This document shows, in pieces, positions 29,176-40,422 of a DNA stretch of 64,000 nt. The notes beneath the pieces are model-generated. The model searched no databases. It had not been told where the DNA came from and saw only the letters and a list, made by a program, of their open reading frames with translations. The stretch lies in NCBI GenBank assembly GCA_965207455.1, contig CBDBMJ010000001.1:1504001-1568000 (forward strand), in the 5' to 3' direction. A program made the translations under genes and the position numbers. Numbering within the stretch: position 1 is the first letter of the stretch; the number at the start of each line of letters is the position of its first letter. The stretch is from Bdellovibrionota bacterium. GTDB lineage: Bacteria; Bdellovibrionota; UBA1018; CAIPTA01; JAALKR01.

Positions 29176-29790
29176 TTACCCCATCTGTTTTGAAATGGCA
29201 CTTAAAACACTAGCAAGCCCCATTTCTTTTTTGTCTTTCCAAGTATCGCAATAGAACCCTGTTACAGATCCATTTTCAAATTTCATATCCAAAAGAAGCC
29301 ATTTGCTTCCCTGTTTTTTCACTACAGGATTCTTCCTATGGAAAATAAGTGTAAGCACTAAAGTCTCTCCAAATTTAGGAATGGCCTCTGCATCCATAAG
29401 CGCAAAATCCTTATCCTTCTTTGATAAACGTACTCTTCCATATTTTATCTTGAATTTTTCATCCACAGAATTGGCGAAATGATGCTTCAATTCTTCTTGC
29501 AGATAAGAAATCATAGTTGCCCTATCTTCATTAGCTGTATCTTCAGAATCCCAGATTGATTTGGAAAATACCGTACGAGCCATTCTTTCAAAGCTTATAA
29601 AAGGGGCCACTTCTTTTTCAAAAGTATTATTAAGTAAAGCGCCACCCATTTTTTTAGCCAAAGTTTTTACGGCTCTCTTGTCTTTCTTCTCCTCTTCCTC
29701 CACTAGCGAGCCAATATTTCCGCCATCGTAGGGGACAGCAAGTAAAACAGCTGCTAACAGAAGCGTTTTTATACTTATTTTTCTTTTCAT
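29176..29790 (-). CDS. MlaC/Ttg2D-like periplasmic protein (paralog)
   Basis: ISFERMARTVFSKSIWDS and WLLLDMKFENGSV; clear paralog of the downstream gene. Confidence 0.55.
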   Translation of the reverse strand: MKRKISIKTLLLAAVLLAVPYDGGNIGSLVEEEEKKDKRAVKTLAKKMGGALLNNTFEKEVAPFISFERMARTVFSKSIWDSEDTANEDRATMISYLQEELKHHFANSVDEKFKIKYGRVRLSKKDKDFALMDAEAIPKFGETLVLTLIFHRKNPVVKKQGSKWLLLDMKFENGSVTGFYCDTWKDKKEMGLASVLSAISKQMG

Positions 29791-30045
29791 TACTAACTCC
29801 TTCCTTTCTCAAATAAAACATTATTCGATGCGTTGTCCCTCAATGGACTGTCTTGCAATATCCTGCAAAAAGCATCCCGTGTCAATAGAAATGAAAAAAT
29901 AACTTAATTTATCCCAAAATAGCTTTGAAAATAAGAGTTTACAGCCCTAAACGGAAAAATAAACCTCCTTAATAAGTGCGGTATTATTCAGAATTAACAG
30001 GCTATAGTTATGGCTTTTGCCTGCAAACATGCAACTATATTGAGA

Positions 30046-30553
30046 TGAAAAAGAAAAAGACCAAAAAGAAGGCGCAAAAAAAACAGCCCTGCCTTTCCAG
30101 CTATAAGTTTAATACGGACAACTATATTCAGGCATTTTCATTTTCAAAAAGAGATGTGAAGACTGGACAGTTGATGGCAGTAAAAGGGAAGCGCTCTTAG
30201 AAAGTGCCTTCCAATATTTCTATAATCTGGGATTTCGACGGAACCCTTACACCCATGGACTCTACAAGCAAAACAGTAGAAGCTTTGGGGGACGATACGC
30301 TGTTATTTCAACTGGGGAGAATAAGGATGAGCCTGAAAGTATTCCTGCCTTCTGTATGGATGAAACAATGAAAACTCGCTCTATTTTTGAAATTGCTAAA
30401 GGAACATTTGATGATCCAGCAACTCCAGTTAATAAGCGAGTAAGTTCTGATGATTTAAAATTTCCTTTTTCTAAATTGTTTCAATTTATAGAAGCGCATT
30501 GCCATCGAGTCTTAAAAGCTTGTGAAGCTAGTAACATTGACTCTCTCCTTTAA
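30046..30553 (+). pseudogene. HAD-superfamily hydrolase remnant
   Basis: In-frame TAG at 30198-30200 followed by IWDFDGTLTP (HAD motif I), then a frameshift to KTRSIFEIAKG..VNK..FPF; far too short for a full protein. Confidence 0.6.
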
Positions 30554-31011
30554 AAATGCTTATTTGATATACCTTTATCTAGTTGCTTTTTCAAAACAAG
30601 TGCTCGCTCTAGCAACGGATTTTCAGCAGTACAGCCACTCAAAACAGAGACACTCTCCTCCACCCACATTTTAGCCAAGCGCCTATCCAGGCTCTGCATA
30701 GCATAGCCATATAAATACAAGGCCTTGGCATAGAGCCAATGCTCTTGTCCACAGGAGGTTTGATTTTTTATATAGTCCCTGCATCGAGGAAAGAGGATTT
30801 TTTCTATATACACATACTCCTGTTGAAATTCTTCTGCACAGGTGGGGGCTATCTTTTTTTCTTTTCCTCTGTTTCTAATTAGTGCTGGCTTTTGAGTGGG
30901 CGTCTGCACAGGAGTGCCCACTAAGAGGGCTGCTAAAAGAGCTAAAGAACATACGTAGAAGCTAAATTTAGATATACGAAGGAAAAGTTTATCTTTTTTT
31001 CTATTCTCCAT
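30550..31011 (-). CDS. Hypothetical membrane-anchored protein
   Basis: N-terminal TM, helical C-terminus; directly downstream of the TadB-like gene. Confidence 0.6.
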   Translation of the reverse strand: MENRKKDKLFLRISKFSFYVCSLALLAALLVGTPVQTPTQKPALIRNRGKEKKIAPTCAEEFQQEYVYIEKILFPRCRDYIKNQTSCGQEHWLYAKALYLYGYAMQSLDRRLAKMWVEESVSVLSGCTAENPLLERALVLKKQLDKGISNKHF

Positions 31012-31014
31012 GCT

Positions 31015-32082
31015 TTAAAAGGCCAGTAGGCTAGGTAGAATGGGAAAGAGAATCACAAAAAAAGTGGCAGGTAAGATGCATAGAAAAATGGGCAGCAGTA
31101 GTTTTAGGGGAAGAATCTGAGCAGCCCTTTCCCAGCGTAGTTTTTTCTGTTCCTCTATTTCCATAAAAATGCCTTGCATATCATCTCTAATGGAGGCCCC
31201 ATACTCGATGGAGTTTTTTAATAACATGCGAGTTTGTTGTAATAAAAGAGGCCGGTCCTGTTGTGTGGAATGAATAGCAAGTGAACTTACTTTTGTGTCG
31301 ACAGGTATCCCCACCAAACTTCTTTGTATGGCTGTCTGGGGATCCAAGCCCGACTCCATAAAGGATAGAAACGCTAAAATAAATTTCGGTAAATATACTT
31401 CCTCATCTTCCATGCCTCTGGGATACATCACAGCGCTTTGAATTTTTTTTATCCACCAAAGCCCTATGCTGTTAAAAATAATTGCTAGGAGTAAAACACC
31501 ACAGGACCAAATGGAGCTAAAGGCATTGATTATGAAATTTTTGTCCACTAGAAAGAATAGAAATAAAACCAGCCAGGGAAGAACGCTTGCCAACCATGCT
31601 TGAGCCCGCACCTGTATGGTGAGGGCATCTACCCTTCTTTGGGAGGAAAGGCGTAGCTGGAGGGACTTGCGAATTTTATCCAGGGTATGGGCGCAGGGAT
31701 TACCATTGGTAAGTGCCCGGGAGAGTATCTCTCCAATGAGATGGCCCTCAACTTTCTCTCCCCTTACTATCTCTTGGCACAGGGCTTGCTCCCTTTGGGT
31801 GGCTATGGGTTCCTTTCCATAGCTCTCTAGGGTTTCATGGAGAGCGCGTCCCGCTCGCAAAGACTGTACCAGGTACTGTAGCCATTGGATTTCATTCGTC
31901 ATGGGACAGGGAATTGATTCAGTGCAATATTTTCTTATATATGCCATAAAGCCCTTGATTTGGGCGTTCCAGAGCCTACGGTGTTGCCACAAAAAGAAAA
32001 TGCACAGTCCCTGTAAAAAAAGGTGTGGTATAAGTAAAGACAACATGCCTAAGGGTAAGCAAGAATAGTACCAAAATAGCAA
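31015..32082 (-). CDS. TadB/TadC-like (T2SS F family) platform protein
   Basis: SLRAG..L, RRVDALT.Q.R.QA followed by TMs, then a second ESG..P..A / KLLLPIFLCILPA segment. Confidence 0.7.
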   Translation of the reverse strand: MLFWYYSCLPLGMLSLLIPHLFLQGLCIFFLWQHRRLWNAQIKGFMAYIRKYCTESIPCPMTNEIQWLQYLVQSLRAGRALHETLESYGKEPIATQREQALCQEIVRGEKVEGHLIGEILSRALTNGNPCAHTLDKIRKSLQLRLSSQRRVDALTIQVRAQAWLASVLPWLVLFLFFLVDKNFIINAFSSIWSCGVLLLAIIFNSIGLWWIKKIQSAVMYPRGMEDEEVYLPKFILAFLSFMESGLDPQTAIQRSLVGIPVDTKVSSLAIHSTQQDRPLLLQQTRMLLKNSIEYGASIRDDMQGIFMEIEEQKKLRWERAAQILPLKLLLPIFLCILPATFFVILFPILPSLLAF

Positions 32083-32110
32083 AGATCAGAAAAAAAAGAG
32101 CAGAAAAAAA

Positions 32111-33427
32111 ATGGGTTCCTCTCGAAAAATTAGCGTAAAAAAAGCCAATCTCCAGCAGGCAAAAACTCTACCCATACTAGGGAGCCTAAAGGCCCGTCGC
32201 TTGACCTTTCCCAACGGGCTAAAAGTTCTTTTTGTGCGAAGAACCCTGTCTCCCACATTTTCCTACCAGACTTGGTACAATGTGGGTTCCCGTGATGAGG
32301 AGTTAAAATTCACTGGAATGGCCCATCTCTTTGAACATATGATGTTCAAGGGCACAAAAAAAAATAAGCAGGGTGTATTTGATCGGATCCTATCTGAAGA
32401 AGGCTGCCAGGGACTCAATGCCATGACAAGCACCGATTTTACTGCCTATGTGGGAAGCCTTCCCAAATCGGCCCTTCCCATAGTAGCAGGCCTAGAATCC
32501 GACCGAATGACGGGCTTAGTGCTCCATAAAAAACCCTTCGAGTCCGAACGGGAGGTGGTACATAATGAGAGAAAGGAAACGTCTGAGAACCAGCCCGAGG
32601 GAAAACTCTACGAAGCCTTAAACATGCTGGCCTTCCAAAAACACTCCTACGGCTGGCCCATCATTGGTTTTGAGAAAGATTTAAACAGAATGACCACCAA
32701 AGATTTGGTCCGGTTTTATAAAAAGTTTTATGCTCCCAACAACGCCACCATTGTTATTGTGGGAGACTTGACGGAAGAGGAAGTGGTAAAAACAATTCAT
32801 AAATTTTACGGATCCATTCCTCCCTCTACTCTGGAAACAGTCGCCCCACCGGTGGAAGACAAGCAAGAGGAAGAACGCTATAAAGAAATTCCTCTAAAAA
32901 TTCATCTGGAAAAAATAGATATTGGGTATAAAGTTCCTGCCATAGATCACCATGACCGTATAGCCCTTTCCATGTTAGATTATATTTTAACCGGTGGACG
33001 TAGTTCTAGACTATACCAAGCGCTAGTAAACTCAGAACAAGCCATAGATGTGAGTTCATACATTCAACAAGGCAAGGATCCCGGTCTTTTCTATCTCTTC
33101 CTTTCCCTACAAGCCAATAAAAAATCACGGGACGCACTGGATATTATAGATAAAGAACTCTTACGTATTGAAAAAAAAGGTGTGTCTGCCTCGGAGCTAT
33201 TGCGTGCAAAAAATAAAATATTGATGAACTTCCACCTCACCATTAAGAATAATAGCTCCATTTGCTATCTTCTAGGAGAGGGAGAAACCATATATGGCGA
33301 CTTCACAAAAGAAATACCAAACCCCGATAGCTTGTCTCGCTTAACCAGTGCCCACATTCAAGAGCTGATCCCCAGGTACTTTCGCAAACACAATCGCTCT
33401 ATTGTTATTGGTAAACCACAAGCATGA
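32111..33427 (+). CDS. M16 zinc peptidase, catalytic subunit
   Basis: VGSRDE..GMAHLFEHMMFKG (HxxEH), NAMT. Confidence 0.93.
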   Translation: MGSSRKISVKKANLQQAKTLPILGSLKARRLTFPNGLKVLFVRRTLSPTFSYQTWYNVGSRDEELKFTGMAHLFEHMMFKGTKKNKQGVFDRILSEEGCQGLNAMTSTDFTAYVGSLPKSALPIVAGLESDRMTGLVLHKKPFESEREVVHNERKETSENQPEGKLYEALNMLAFQKHSYGWPIIGFEKDLNRMTTKDLVRFYKKFYAPNNATIVIVGDLTEEEVVKTIHKFYGSIPPSTLETVAPPVEDKQEEERYKEIPLKIHLEKIDIGYKVPAIDHHDRIALSMLDYILTGGRSSRLYQALVNSEQAIDVSSYIQQGKDPGLFYLFLSLQANKKSRDALDIIDKELLRIEKKGVSASELLRAKNKILMNFHLTIKNNSSICYLLGEGETIYGDFTKEIPNPDSLSRLTSAHIQELIPRYFRKHNRSIVIGKPQA

Positions 33428-34734
33428 CAAGAAAAACCCAAACAAAGAACACTATACTCCTACAACCAGACCGGTCTTCCGCTCTTATCCACATGGGGCT
33501 TTCCTTTAGGGTGGGGGCCATCTACGACCCTCCATCGAAAGCCGGTCTAGCCTCCATAACCACAAGCATGCTCCTAAGGGGTACGAAAAAGAAGTCCTAC
33601 CAACGCTTCCATGAAAAACTCGACGAGCTTGGATCAAAACTATATTTAGACGTCAACAAGGAATCCATAGATATTCTTGGCATCACCCTTTCCCAAAACC
33701 TCGATGCCTTTCTTGCTCTTTTCCGGGAAGCCATTCTAGAGCCAGCCTTTCTCCCCAAAGAATTGAAAAAAGTTCTACAGCAACGAAAGTCCATGCTACA
33801 GGACGAACTGGACACAGACGGGGATATAGCCGCTAGACGATTTCAGGAATATTTTCTCCACGGTCATCCCTACGGTCGATCCACTAGCGGAAGCCTGGAA
33901 TCCTTGGAGCAGATTACAGCAGCAGACGTGCGCACGTTCTATAAAAAATGTTCCTCCCGTATTGCCATTTTTGCAGCCACAGGGGATTTTGAAAGAAAAC
34001 AAATGCACGCAATAGGTACGAAACTCTTAAACGATCTACCGTCCCTAGCGGTTGACTCCATACAAGTGCCCACCCCTGACTGGAATAAGGGTGTGCAAAC
34101 CCTTTTCTTAGAAAAGCCTGGCTGCACACAAAGTCAAATCTATATGGGCACACCGGGAATTGCCTACTCCAGTCCACACTATCACGCAACCACCATTGCC
34201 AGTCATATCTTCGGTGGTGGCTGCTTTCAAGCTAGGCTTATGAAAGAAATACGAGAAAAGCGAGGCTGGAGTTACGGAGCATACGCCTATTTTCGATCAG
34301 CAAGAAAACCTCTGTATTATGCCATGCACACTACCCCTTCCAACGAAAACACAAGTGGGGCTGTGCAACTGATGTTAAAACTCTATAATGACTTTGTACG
34401 CAAAGGCGTAACCAAAGAAGAGTTTCTGTTTGCAAAAAAAAGCATCTATAACCAGAGCGCCTTTATTCAAGACACACTACAGAAGAAACTCAGTAACAGT
34501 GTAGCGGAAAATATTTTGGAACTGCCTAAGGGTTTCTATGCAAACTACCAAAAAAATATCTCTATGATGACTCATAAAAAGGTACAGGCTGCCATTCAAG
34601 CACAATGGAGAAACAAGAGCCTATTTATCATGGTTTTGGGAAGCGGCGCTTTATGGAAAGCAGACTTGGAAAAAATAAAAGCCATGGGTCGTGTTTCCAG
34701 TCATACCTATGATGCTTCACCGTCCTTATTATAA
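33424..34734 (+). CDS. M16 peptidase, non-catalytic subunit
   Basis: GLAS....MLLRGT without HxxEH; RLMKEIREKRGWSYG. Confidence 0.9.
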   Translation: MTRKTQTKNTILLQPDRSSALIHMGLSFRVGAIYDPPSKAGLASITTSMLLRGTKKKSYQRFHEKLDELGSKLYLDVNKESIDILGITLSQNLDAFLALFREAILEPAFLPKELKKVLQQRKSMLQDELDTDGDIAARRFQEYFLHGHPYGRSTSGSLESLEQITAADVRTFYKKCSSRIAIFAATGDFERKQMHAIGTKLLNDLPSLAVDSIQVPTPDWNKGVQTLFLEKPGCTQSQIYMGTPGIAYSSPHYHATTIASHIFGGGCFQARLMKEIREKRGWSYGAYAYFRSARKPLYYAMHTTPSNENTSGAVQLMLKLYNDFVRKGVTKEEFLFAKKSIYNQSAFIQDTLQKKLSNSVAENILELPKGFYANYQKNISMMTHKKVQAAIQAQWRNKSLFIMVLGSGALWKADLEKIKAMGRVSSHTYDASPSLL

Positions 34735-34945
34735 TAAAAGGTAAACTGCTAGCGTTATACAGGCTGCCTGTATTTTTCTTCCTTTTTTCGCAACGTTTTC
34801 TTGTATTGTAAAAATTCCTTGGGTTATATTTGTTATGCATAAGAATGTTTTTATTTTTGCCGCTACTATTCATGAAAAAAATATCGTAAAATTAAAGGAA
34901 TCAAACAAAGAATGTGTGTGTATTAAAAACTAAGGAGTGTGACTT

Positions 34946-37453
34946 ATGACAGGAAGTGATAAGAAGAGCGAAAAAAAGATATTTATTGTTCCCATGCTGC
35001 CGTTACGAGAGGTAATTATTTTTCCTCACATGGTGGTGCCTCTATTTGTGGGTAGAGAAAAATCCATTGAAGCATTGGAGGCTGCGATCCAGAACAAGTT
35101 AAGTCTCTTCCTCTGTGCTCAGAAAGACGCTTCCGTAGTAAACCCAAAGCAAGAAGATATTTATTCCATGGGTACGCTAGGCACCATCGTCCAACTAGTA
35201 AAACTTCCCGACAATACTGTAAAAATATTAATAGAGGGAAAGAAGCGTGCCATAGGTAGAAAAATTATTCCCAATGATAAGTTTATGCAAATGGAGGTAG
35301 AAGAACTTGAGGAGCCAAAAGTAAACCCCGTGCGCCTAGAAGCCCTACTCCGAAGCATTAAAACAGTTTTTGAAAATTATGTGAAATTCAACAAACGTAT
35401 TCCACCCGAAGTGGTGATGAATATTTCGTCTATTAATGAGCCTTCTCGCTTGGGTGATATTATTGTGGCTCACCTAACATTGCGTCCTGAGGAAAAGCAG
35501 AAAGTTTTGGAGTTACTGGATCCAGCGAAACGTTTAGAAAAAATTCTTGCTCTTATGCAAGGAGAAATTGAAATTTTACAGGTGGAACGAAAAATACGTT
35601 CTCGCGTGAAAAAACAGATGGAAAAAAATCAAAAAGAATACTACTTAAATGAGCAAATCAATGCCATTCAAAAGGAACTTGGGGATAAGGACGAGTTTAA
35701 AGTGGAGTTAAATGAAATTGAAGAAAAAATTGAAACTGCGGAGCTTTCTCAGGAAGCAAGAGAGAAGGTAGAAAAAGAGTTTCGTAAGTTCAAAACCATG
35801 TCTCCCATGAGTGCGGAAGCCACCGTTGTTCGGAACTATATCGACTGGATCCTTTCTCTCCCTTGGGGTAAACATTCCAAAGATAACTGGGACTTAAAAA
35901 AAGCAGAAAAATCCTTAAAAAATGATCACTACGGATTAGACGACGTGAGAGAGCGTATTTTGGAATTCCTGGCTGTGCGCACACTTACTCAAAACGCCAA
36001 AGGTTCCATTCTGTGTTTTGCAGGACCACCGGGAGTGGGAAAAACTTCCCTAGCCAAATCTATCGCCGCAGCCGTGAATAAAAAATTTGTTCGCGCTAGT
36101 TTAGGTGGTGTCCGGGATGAAGCGGAGATCAGGGGACACAGGAGAACATACGTGGGTGCCCTACCTGGAAAAATTTTACAATCCTTAAAAAAGGCAGGTA
36201 CCTCTAACCCTGTCTTTCTATTGGATGAAATAGATAAAATGAGCTCAGACTTCCGGGGAGACCCATCTAGCGCTCTTCTCGAAGTGCTGGACCCGGAACA
36301 AAACTCCACATTCATGGACCATTACCTAGAAGTGGAATTTGACTTGTCGAAAATTCTTTTCATATTGACGGCCAATTCCCTGCACACCATTCCCCGTCCA
36401 CTCTTGGATCGCATGGAGGTGATTACTCTTCCCGGCTATACCCTTAATGAAAAAACACATATTGCGAAAGATTATTTAGTTCCTCGACAAATAAAAGCCC
36501 ATGGGCTTAGAGAAGATAAATTTAAAATTCCTGTGCAGGTGATTCGTCAACTGATCCAACAGTATACAAGAGAGGCTGGAGTACGAAATTTAGAACGGGA
36601 AATATCTAATCTATGTAGAAAAACAGCCTATCAAATTGTACGAGGAGCCAGTGATGCCTTGAAAAATAAACGCTTAGATCCTCGCAATCTAATCAATAAT
36701 GCCTTGAAAAAAATAATCATCGTTCAAGCCAAAGCGTTGAAGAAAATTCTTGGTCCAGCAAAATACACTATCAGTAAGACGGAAGAAAAATCGGAAGTGG
36801 GTCTGGTTAACGGTCTTGCATGGACAGAGGCTGGAGGCGACATGCTCCAAGTGGAAGTAGCCGTGCTCCCCGGAAAAGGCAGCTTAAAAATCACGGGCAA
36901 ACTCGGAGATGTGATGCAGGAAAGTGCACAGGCTGCCATGAGTTACGTGCGCGCCCGATCCGCTCTTCTTGACCTAGAAGAAAAGTTTTTTGAAAAAGTG
37001 GACATACATGTGCATGTGCCAGAGGGAGCCGTACCCAAGGATGGTCCCTCTGCTGGTATCACCATTGCCACAGCCCTAACCAGCGCACTCATAAAGGTTC
37101 CTGCCAAAAAGAACGTGGCCATGACAGGGGAGATCACCCTCAGGGGAAGAGTGCTTCCCATCGGTGGACTCAAGGAAAAACTTATTGCTGCTAAAGTGGG
37201 CGGTGCCACCACCATTATCTTTCCTAAAGAAAATGAAAAGGATCTGGATCAAGTCTCCCAAGAAATTAAAAAAGGTCTCACCCTATACCCCGTTATCAGT
37301 ACGGATGAGGTGCTGCGACTAGCCTTAGATATTCGCGATGCGTCGAACTTTATGCGGAAAAACAAAACTGGTACTAAAAAATCAAGATCAAGAAACCCCC
37401 TTAAAAATAAAGAGAAAAATAAGAGCGGCTCTATTACCAGCATCGCCCAATAG
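34946..37453 (+). CDS. lon: ATP-dependent Lon protease
   Basis: [24 protein letters not shown]. Confidence 0.98.
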   Translation: MTGSDKKSEKKIFIVPMLPLREVIIFPHMVVPLFVGREKSIEALEAAIQNKLSLFLCAQKDASVVNPKQEDIYSMGTLGTIVQLVKLPDNTVKILIEGKKRAIGRKIIPNDKFMQMEVEELEEPKVNPVRLEALLRSIKTVFENYVKFNKRIPPEVVMNISSINEPSRLGDIIVAHLTLRPEEKQKVLELLDPAKRLEKILALMQGEIEILQVERKIRSRVKKQMEKNQKEYYLNEQINAIQKELGDKDEFKVELNEIEEKIETAELSQEAREKVEKEFRKFKTMSPMSAEATVVRNYIDWILSLPWGKHSKDNWDLKKAEKSLKNDHYGLDDVRERILEFLAVRTLTQNAKGSILCFAGPPGVGKTSLAKSIAAAVNKKFVRASLGGVRDEAEIRGHRRTYVGALPGKILQSLKKAGTSNPVFLLDEIDKMSSDFRGDPSSALLEVLDPEQNSTFMDHYLEVEFDLSKILFILTANSLHTIPRPLLDRMEVITLPGYTLNEKTHIAKDYLVPRQIKAHGLREDKFKIPVQVIRQLIQQYTREAGVRNLEREISNLCRKTAYQIVRGASDALKNKRLDPRNLINNALKKIIIVQAKALKKILGPAKYTISKTEEKSEVGLVNGLAWTEAGGDMLQVEVAVLPGKGSLKITGKLGDVMQESAQAAMSYVRARSALLDLEEKFFEKVDIHVHVPEGAVPKDGPSAGITIATALTSALIKVPAKKNVAMTGEITLRGRVLPIGGLKEKLIAAKVGGATTIIFPKENEKDLDQVSQEIKKGLTLYPVISTDEVLRLALDIRDASNFMRKNKTGTKKSRSRNPLKNKEKNKSGSITSIAQ

Positions 37454-37530
37454 CGCCACTTTCTTCATTTGCATTAGATTACAATTGACGGCTGGGCAAA
37501 AGAATACTACGAATAAGATTATAGTCTGTG

Positions 37531-37606
37531 GGGCCGTTAGCTCAGCTGGGAGAGCGCCACCCTTACAAGGTGGATGTCGGCAGTTCGATCCTGTCACGGC
37601 TCACCA
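37531..37606 (+). tRNA. tRNA-Val(TAC)
   Basis: GGGCCGT/ACGGCTC acceptor, CCACC-CTTACAA-GGTGG anticodon arm, encoded CCA. Confidence 0.96.
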
Positions 37607-37615
37607 ACTCACTGG

Positions 37616-38260
37616 CTAGCAAAATACCCAGAAAATCTCTATTTTTTCAGAATCCAGCTTTTCTTTTATTTTCTCCGTTGCCTCTGGGAAATTTGCCTTA
37701 AACTGTTCAATTGCTTCTTGAGAACACTTAGGGTGCTTGGAACGTCCGGATATCCAAACAATATTAAGCCTATCTAGGAGAGCATACACTCCCGATAACG
37801 AATAACAGGAGTCGAATTTATTCGCTAATAAATCCCGAATCTCCCAAGCTGTTATCCTTCCACCATCCTTAGATTCTTGGAGCTTATCCAGCTCTAATTT
37901 AAATGATTCCTCTGCATCAGGGGGTAAGCGAGGCTTTCTGCCACGACCTTCTCTACATATAAGACCCTCATAGTCATAGGCTGCAAAACGCTCTAGCCAA
38001 GATTTCACAGATTTGTCACTATACCGAACAATACATGCAACTTCCTCGACTGTTTTCCCTTCTTGAAAATTTAATAGAGCCAGCAACTTGACTTTTATTG
38101 ACGCATTTCTTTCCACCTTGTAGGTAGCTAAGAAATTATAATCATGAATTTTACTGGTTAGTTCCTTTATTTTTAGCACTCAAAAAGAATAACCCCATTT
38201 TATCAAAAACACCGGTCCCAGTGCGTCAGAAAACCGTAGTTATTTTCTGTAATTGGTATA
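37616..38260 (-). mobile_element. Truncated IS630-family element (HTH part of transposase, 37616-38179)
   Basis: GRGRKPRL, YSLSGVY.LL.RL...W...RSKHP; stops where the DDE domain should begin; putative left end TATACCAATT at 38260. Confidence 0.75.
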
Positions 38261-38481
38261 ATCTGCGCTAATAAAAGAAACTCAATAGGAACTTCATATC
38301 TTTTTCTTGGATCAGGAAAGGACTTTAATACATCCTGCAAGAACCCTGCATCGAGAGCATACTTGGCAATGGAATCGACCGGCATTTTTTGGCTTATTCT
38401 AACAGACTCTGTAATACCCTTCTTCAGTGATTCAATCGTCTTTTTCTTATCATTTTTTATTATTGGTAGATCAGGAAACAT
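38203..38481 (-). pseudogene. Probable N-terminal fragment of another transposase, interrupted by the IS630 end
   Basis: FPDPRK..Y motif resembles transposase N-termini; the reading runs into the IS630 end after LLAQI. Confidence 0.45.
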
Positions 38482-38700
38482 TCTAAAAGGTTAAATTATT
38501 TTTGATCAAAACGCATGATTATTTTTCATACACGGTATTGGGGTTCAAATGAAGAATTTTTCAACACTCTTTCTTGTATTTATTTTTTCTTTGACACGAA
38601 TTCTCTCCGTTTCACAACCATTTAAGTTTATATTTAAAGAATACAGTATTTTTACCGATATATATTCAAGAGTACTTAAATTTTAGGAGGATAATCAAAA

Positions 38701-39627
38701 ATGAAAAAAACAGAATTAATTTTTGTTTGGTTGCTTGCTTTTAGCACTGTATCCAATACAGGTTATACTCAGCCGATAGATCGAATGAAGAAAGAAACAT
38801 TAGCTCAAATAAAGAAAGAAGCATTAGCTCAAATGAAGAAAGAAGCATTAGCCGGGACATTAGGAGCTCGGTTTAATTTCGCTGAGGTATACCATTATGG
38901 AAACGGTGTGGAGCGAGATTTCAAGCAAGCGATTTATTGGTATAAAAAAGCAGCGGACGGAGGAGATATAACGGCAGCATTTGCTTTAGGTGGTATGTAT
39001 TATAGAGGAGAGGGTACGAAGCAAAACGATAAGGAAGCATTTCGTTGGTATAAAAAAGCAGCAGAAGGGGAGTTTGCAGATGCTCAACTTGCTTTAGGTG
39101 ATATATATTCTAACAGAAGGGGTACGAAGCAAAACGATAAGGAAGCATTTCGTTGGTATAAAAAAGCATTTCACTCTTATCAAAAAGGAGTAAAGTTGGG
39201 GGTTGCAAGAACTCAATTTCTTTTAGGTAATATGTATTACAAGGGAAAGGGTACTAATGTAGATTATAAGAAAGCATTTCGTTGGTATAAAAAAGCAGCA
39301 GGTCAGGGTAATGCAAAAGCTCAATCTGCCCTTGCTTCTATGTACTTTGATGGACTAGGTACTAAAATAGATAATAAGACGGCAGTATACTGGTATAGAA
39401 AAGCAGCAGGTCAGGGTAATGCAAAAGCTCAAGCTTATTTAGGCATAATATATTATCGGGGAGAAGGTGTTTCTCAAGATAATGGAAGGGCATTGTATTG
39501 GTTTCGAAAGGCGAGCGATCAAGGACACGAACTTTTTCAACAAGCTATTGGACTTGTTCTCCAACCTTCTTCCTATGCACCATATCGTAAAAGCGGATCA
39601 GGAGGCCACAGTGAATCAGGGAACTAA
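38701..39627 (+). CDS. Exported Sel1-like repeat protein
   Basis: AGGAGG RBS, signal peptide, about 6 repeats of AQ..LG.MY..G.G...D...A..WY.KAA. Confidence 0.93.
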   Translation: MKKTELIFVWLLAFSTVSNTGYTQPIDRMKKETLAQIKKEALAQMKKEALAGTLGARFNFAEVYHYGNGVERDFKQAIYWYKKAADGGDITAAFALGGMYYRGEGTKQNDKEAFRWYKKAAEGEFADAQLALGDIYSNRRGTKQNDKEAFRWYKKAFHSYQKGVKLGVARTQFLLGNMYYKGKGTNVDYKKAFRWYKKAAGQGNAKAQSALASMYFDGLGTKIDNKTAVYWYRKAAGQGNAKAQAYLGIIYYRGEGVSQDNGRALYWFRKASDQGHELFQQAIGLVLQPSSYAPYRKSGSGGHSESGN

Positions 39628-39916
39628 AATAGTGATCTTTCCCGCTTTAGCGTGTACGCCATTTTTGATCCGATCCACAGTGGTTTTTCGTTCAAACTGT
39701 CCCCCTGTTTCAGGGAACTTGTCCCTTTTCATGATCTGTGTGAGTCCGGCTGATTTTTCTTAAAAGCTATGATTCCGTAGTTTTTTATCAACAATAGAGG
39801 GCAAGAAAGGCTGGTTCAATTTAGTCAAGTTATTAGGGTGGGTCAATATATTGTAGCTTTTTCCTCTGTTTCGTGGTAGGCTACATCGTGTATTAAAAAT
39901 AAGGAGTTCGCTTTGC

Positions 39917-40180
39917 ATGGTAAAGAAGGTTGCTAAAAAGAAAAAAAGTAAAAAGCAGCAGGAGAAAGAGGCTGTGGCTGAGGCTGCAGATTATGCTGCC
40001 CTAATGAAAGAGGCTACCATGGAGCCCTCTTCCTACAAAATTTCCGATCTATACGAGACGGGCACTATTATTAGTCACAGCAAGTTTGGCAGGGGGGTTG
40101 TGAAGGAGTCCTACCAAAAGGAAAGTAAAATGACCGTTTTATTTGAAAAGGGAGCACGAACTCTAGCCCAAGGTCGCTAG
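39917..40180 (+). CDS. Small hypothetical protein (Tudor/SH3-like C-terminus)
   Basis: AAGGAG RBS; HSKFGRGVV..KM.VLF. Confidence 0.7.
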   Translation: MVKKVAKKKKSKKQQEKEAVAEAADYAALMKEATMEPSSYKISDLYETGTIISHSKFGRGVVKESYQKESKMTVLFEKGARTLAQGR

Positions 40181-40200
40181 AGTGAGTCAAGGCTGCCACA

Positions 40201-40422
40201 TTGAGTAAGGAAGAGTTAATTGAAGCCAAGGGAGAAGTTGTAAAAGTTGCAGGCAACGGTGTATATGAGATTGTCTTGGAATCCGGTCATAAAGTTTTGG
40301 GTCGACTGACAGGAAAAATGTCCAAATTTCGAATTCGTATTATTCCAGGAGATAAAGTAAGAATGAAGTTATCTCCCTACGACCTTAGCCACGGCCTAAT
40401 TACCTATAGAGAGCGGGCTTAA
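40201..40422 (+). CDS. infA: Translation initiation factor IF-1
   Basis: GKMSKFRIRIIPGDKV...SPYDL. Confidence 0.96.
   Translation: MSKEELIEAKGEVVKVAGNGVYEIVLESGHKVLGRLTGKMSKFRIRIIPGDKVRMKLSPYDLSHGLITYRERA

Noticed and set aside
30198..30200. In-frame TAG as a sign of stop-codon reassignment
   Set aside because: TAG terminates many intact genes here (pilM, valS, metK, lon) and the surrounding gene has other lesions
37338..37777. Short ORFs across the lon end and tRNA-Val
   Set aside because: They overlap the tRNA or are antisense to the IS630 fragment
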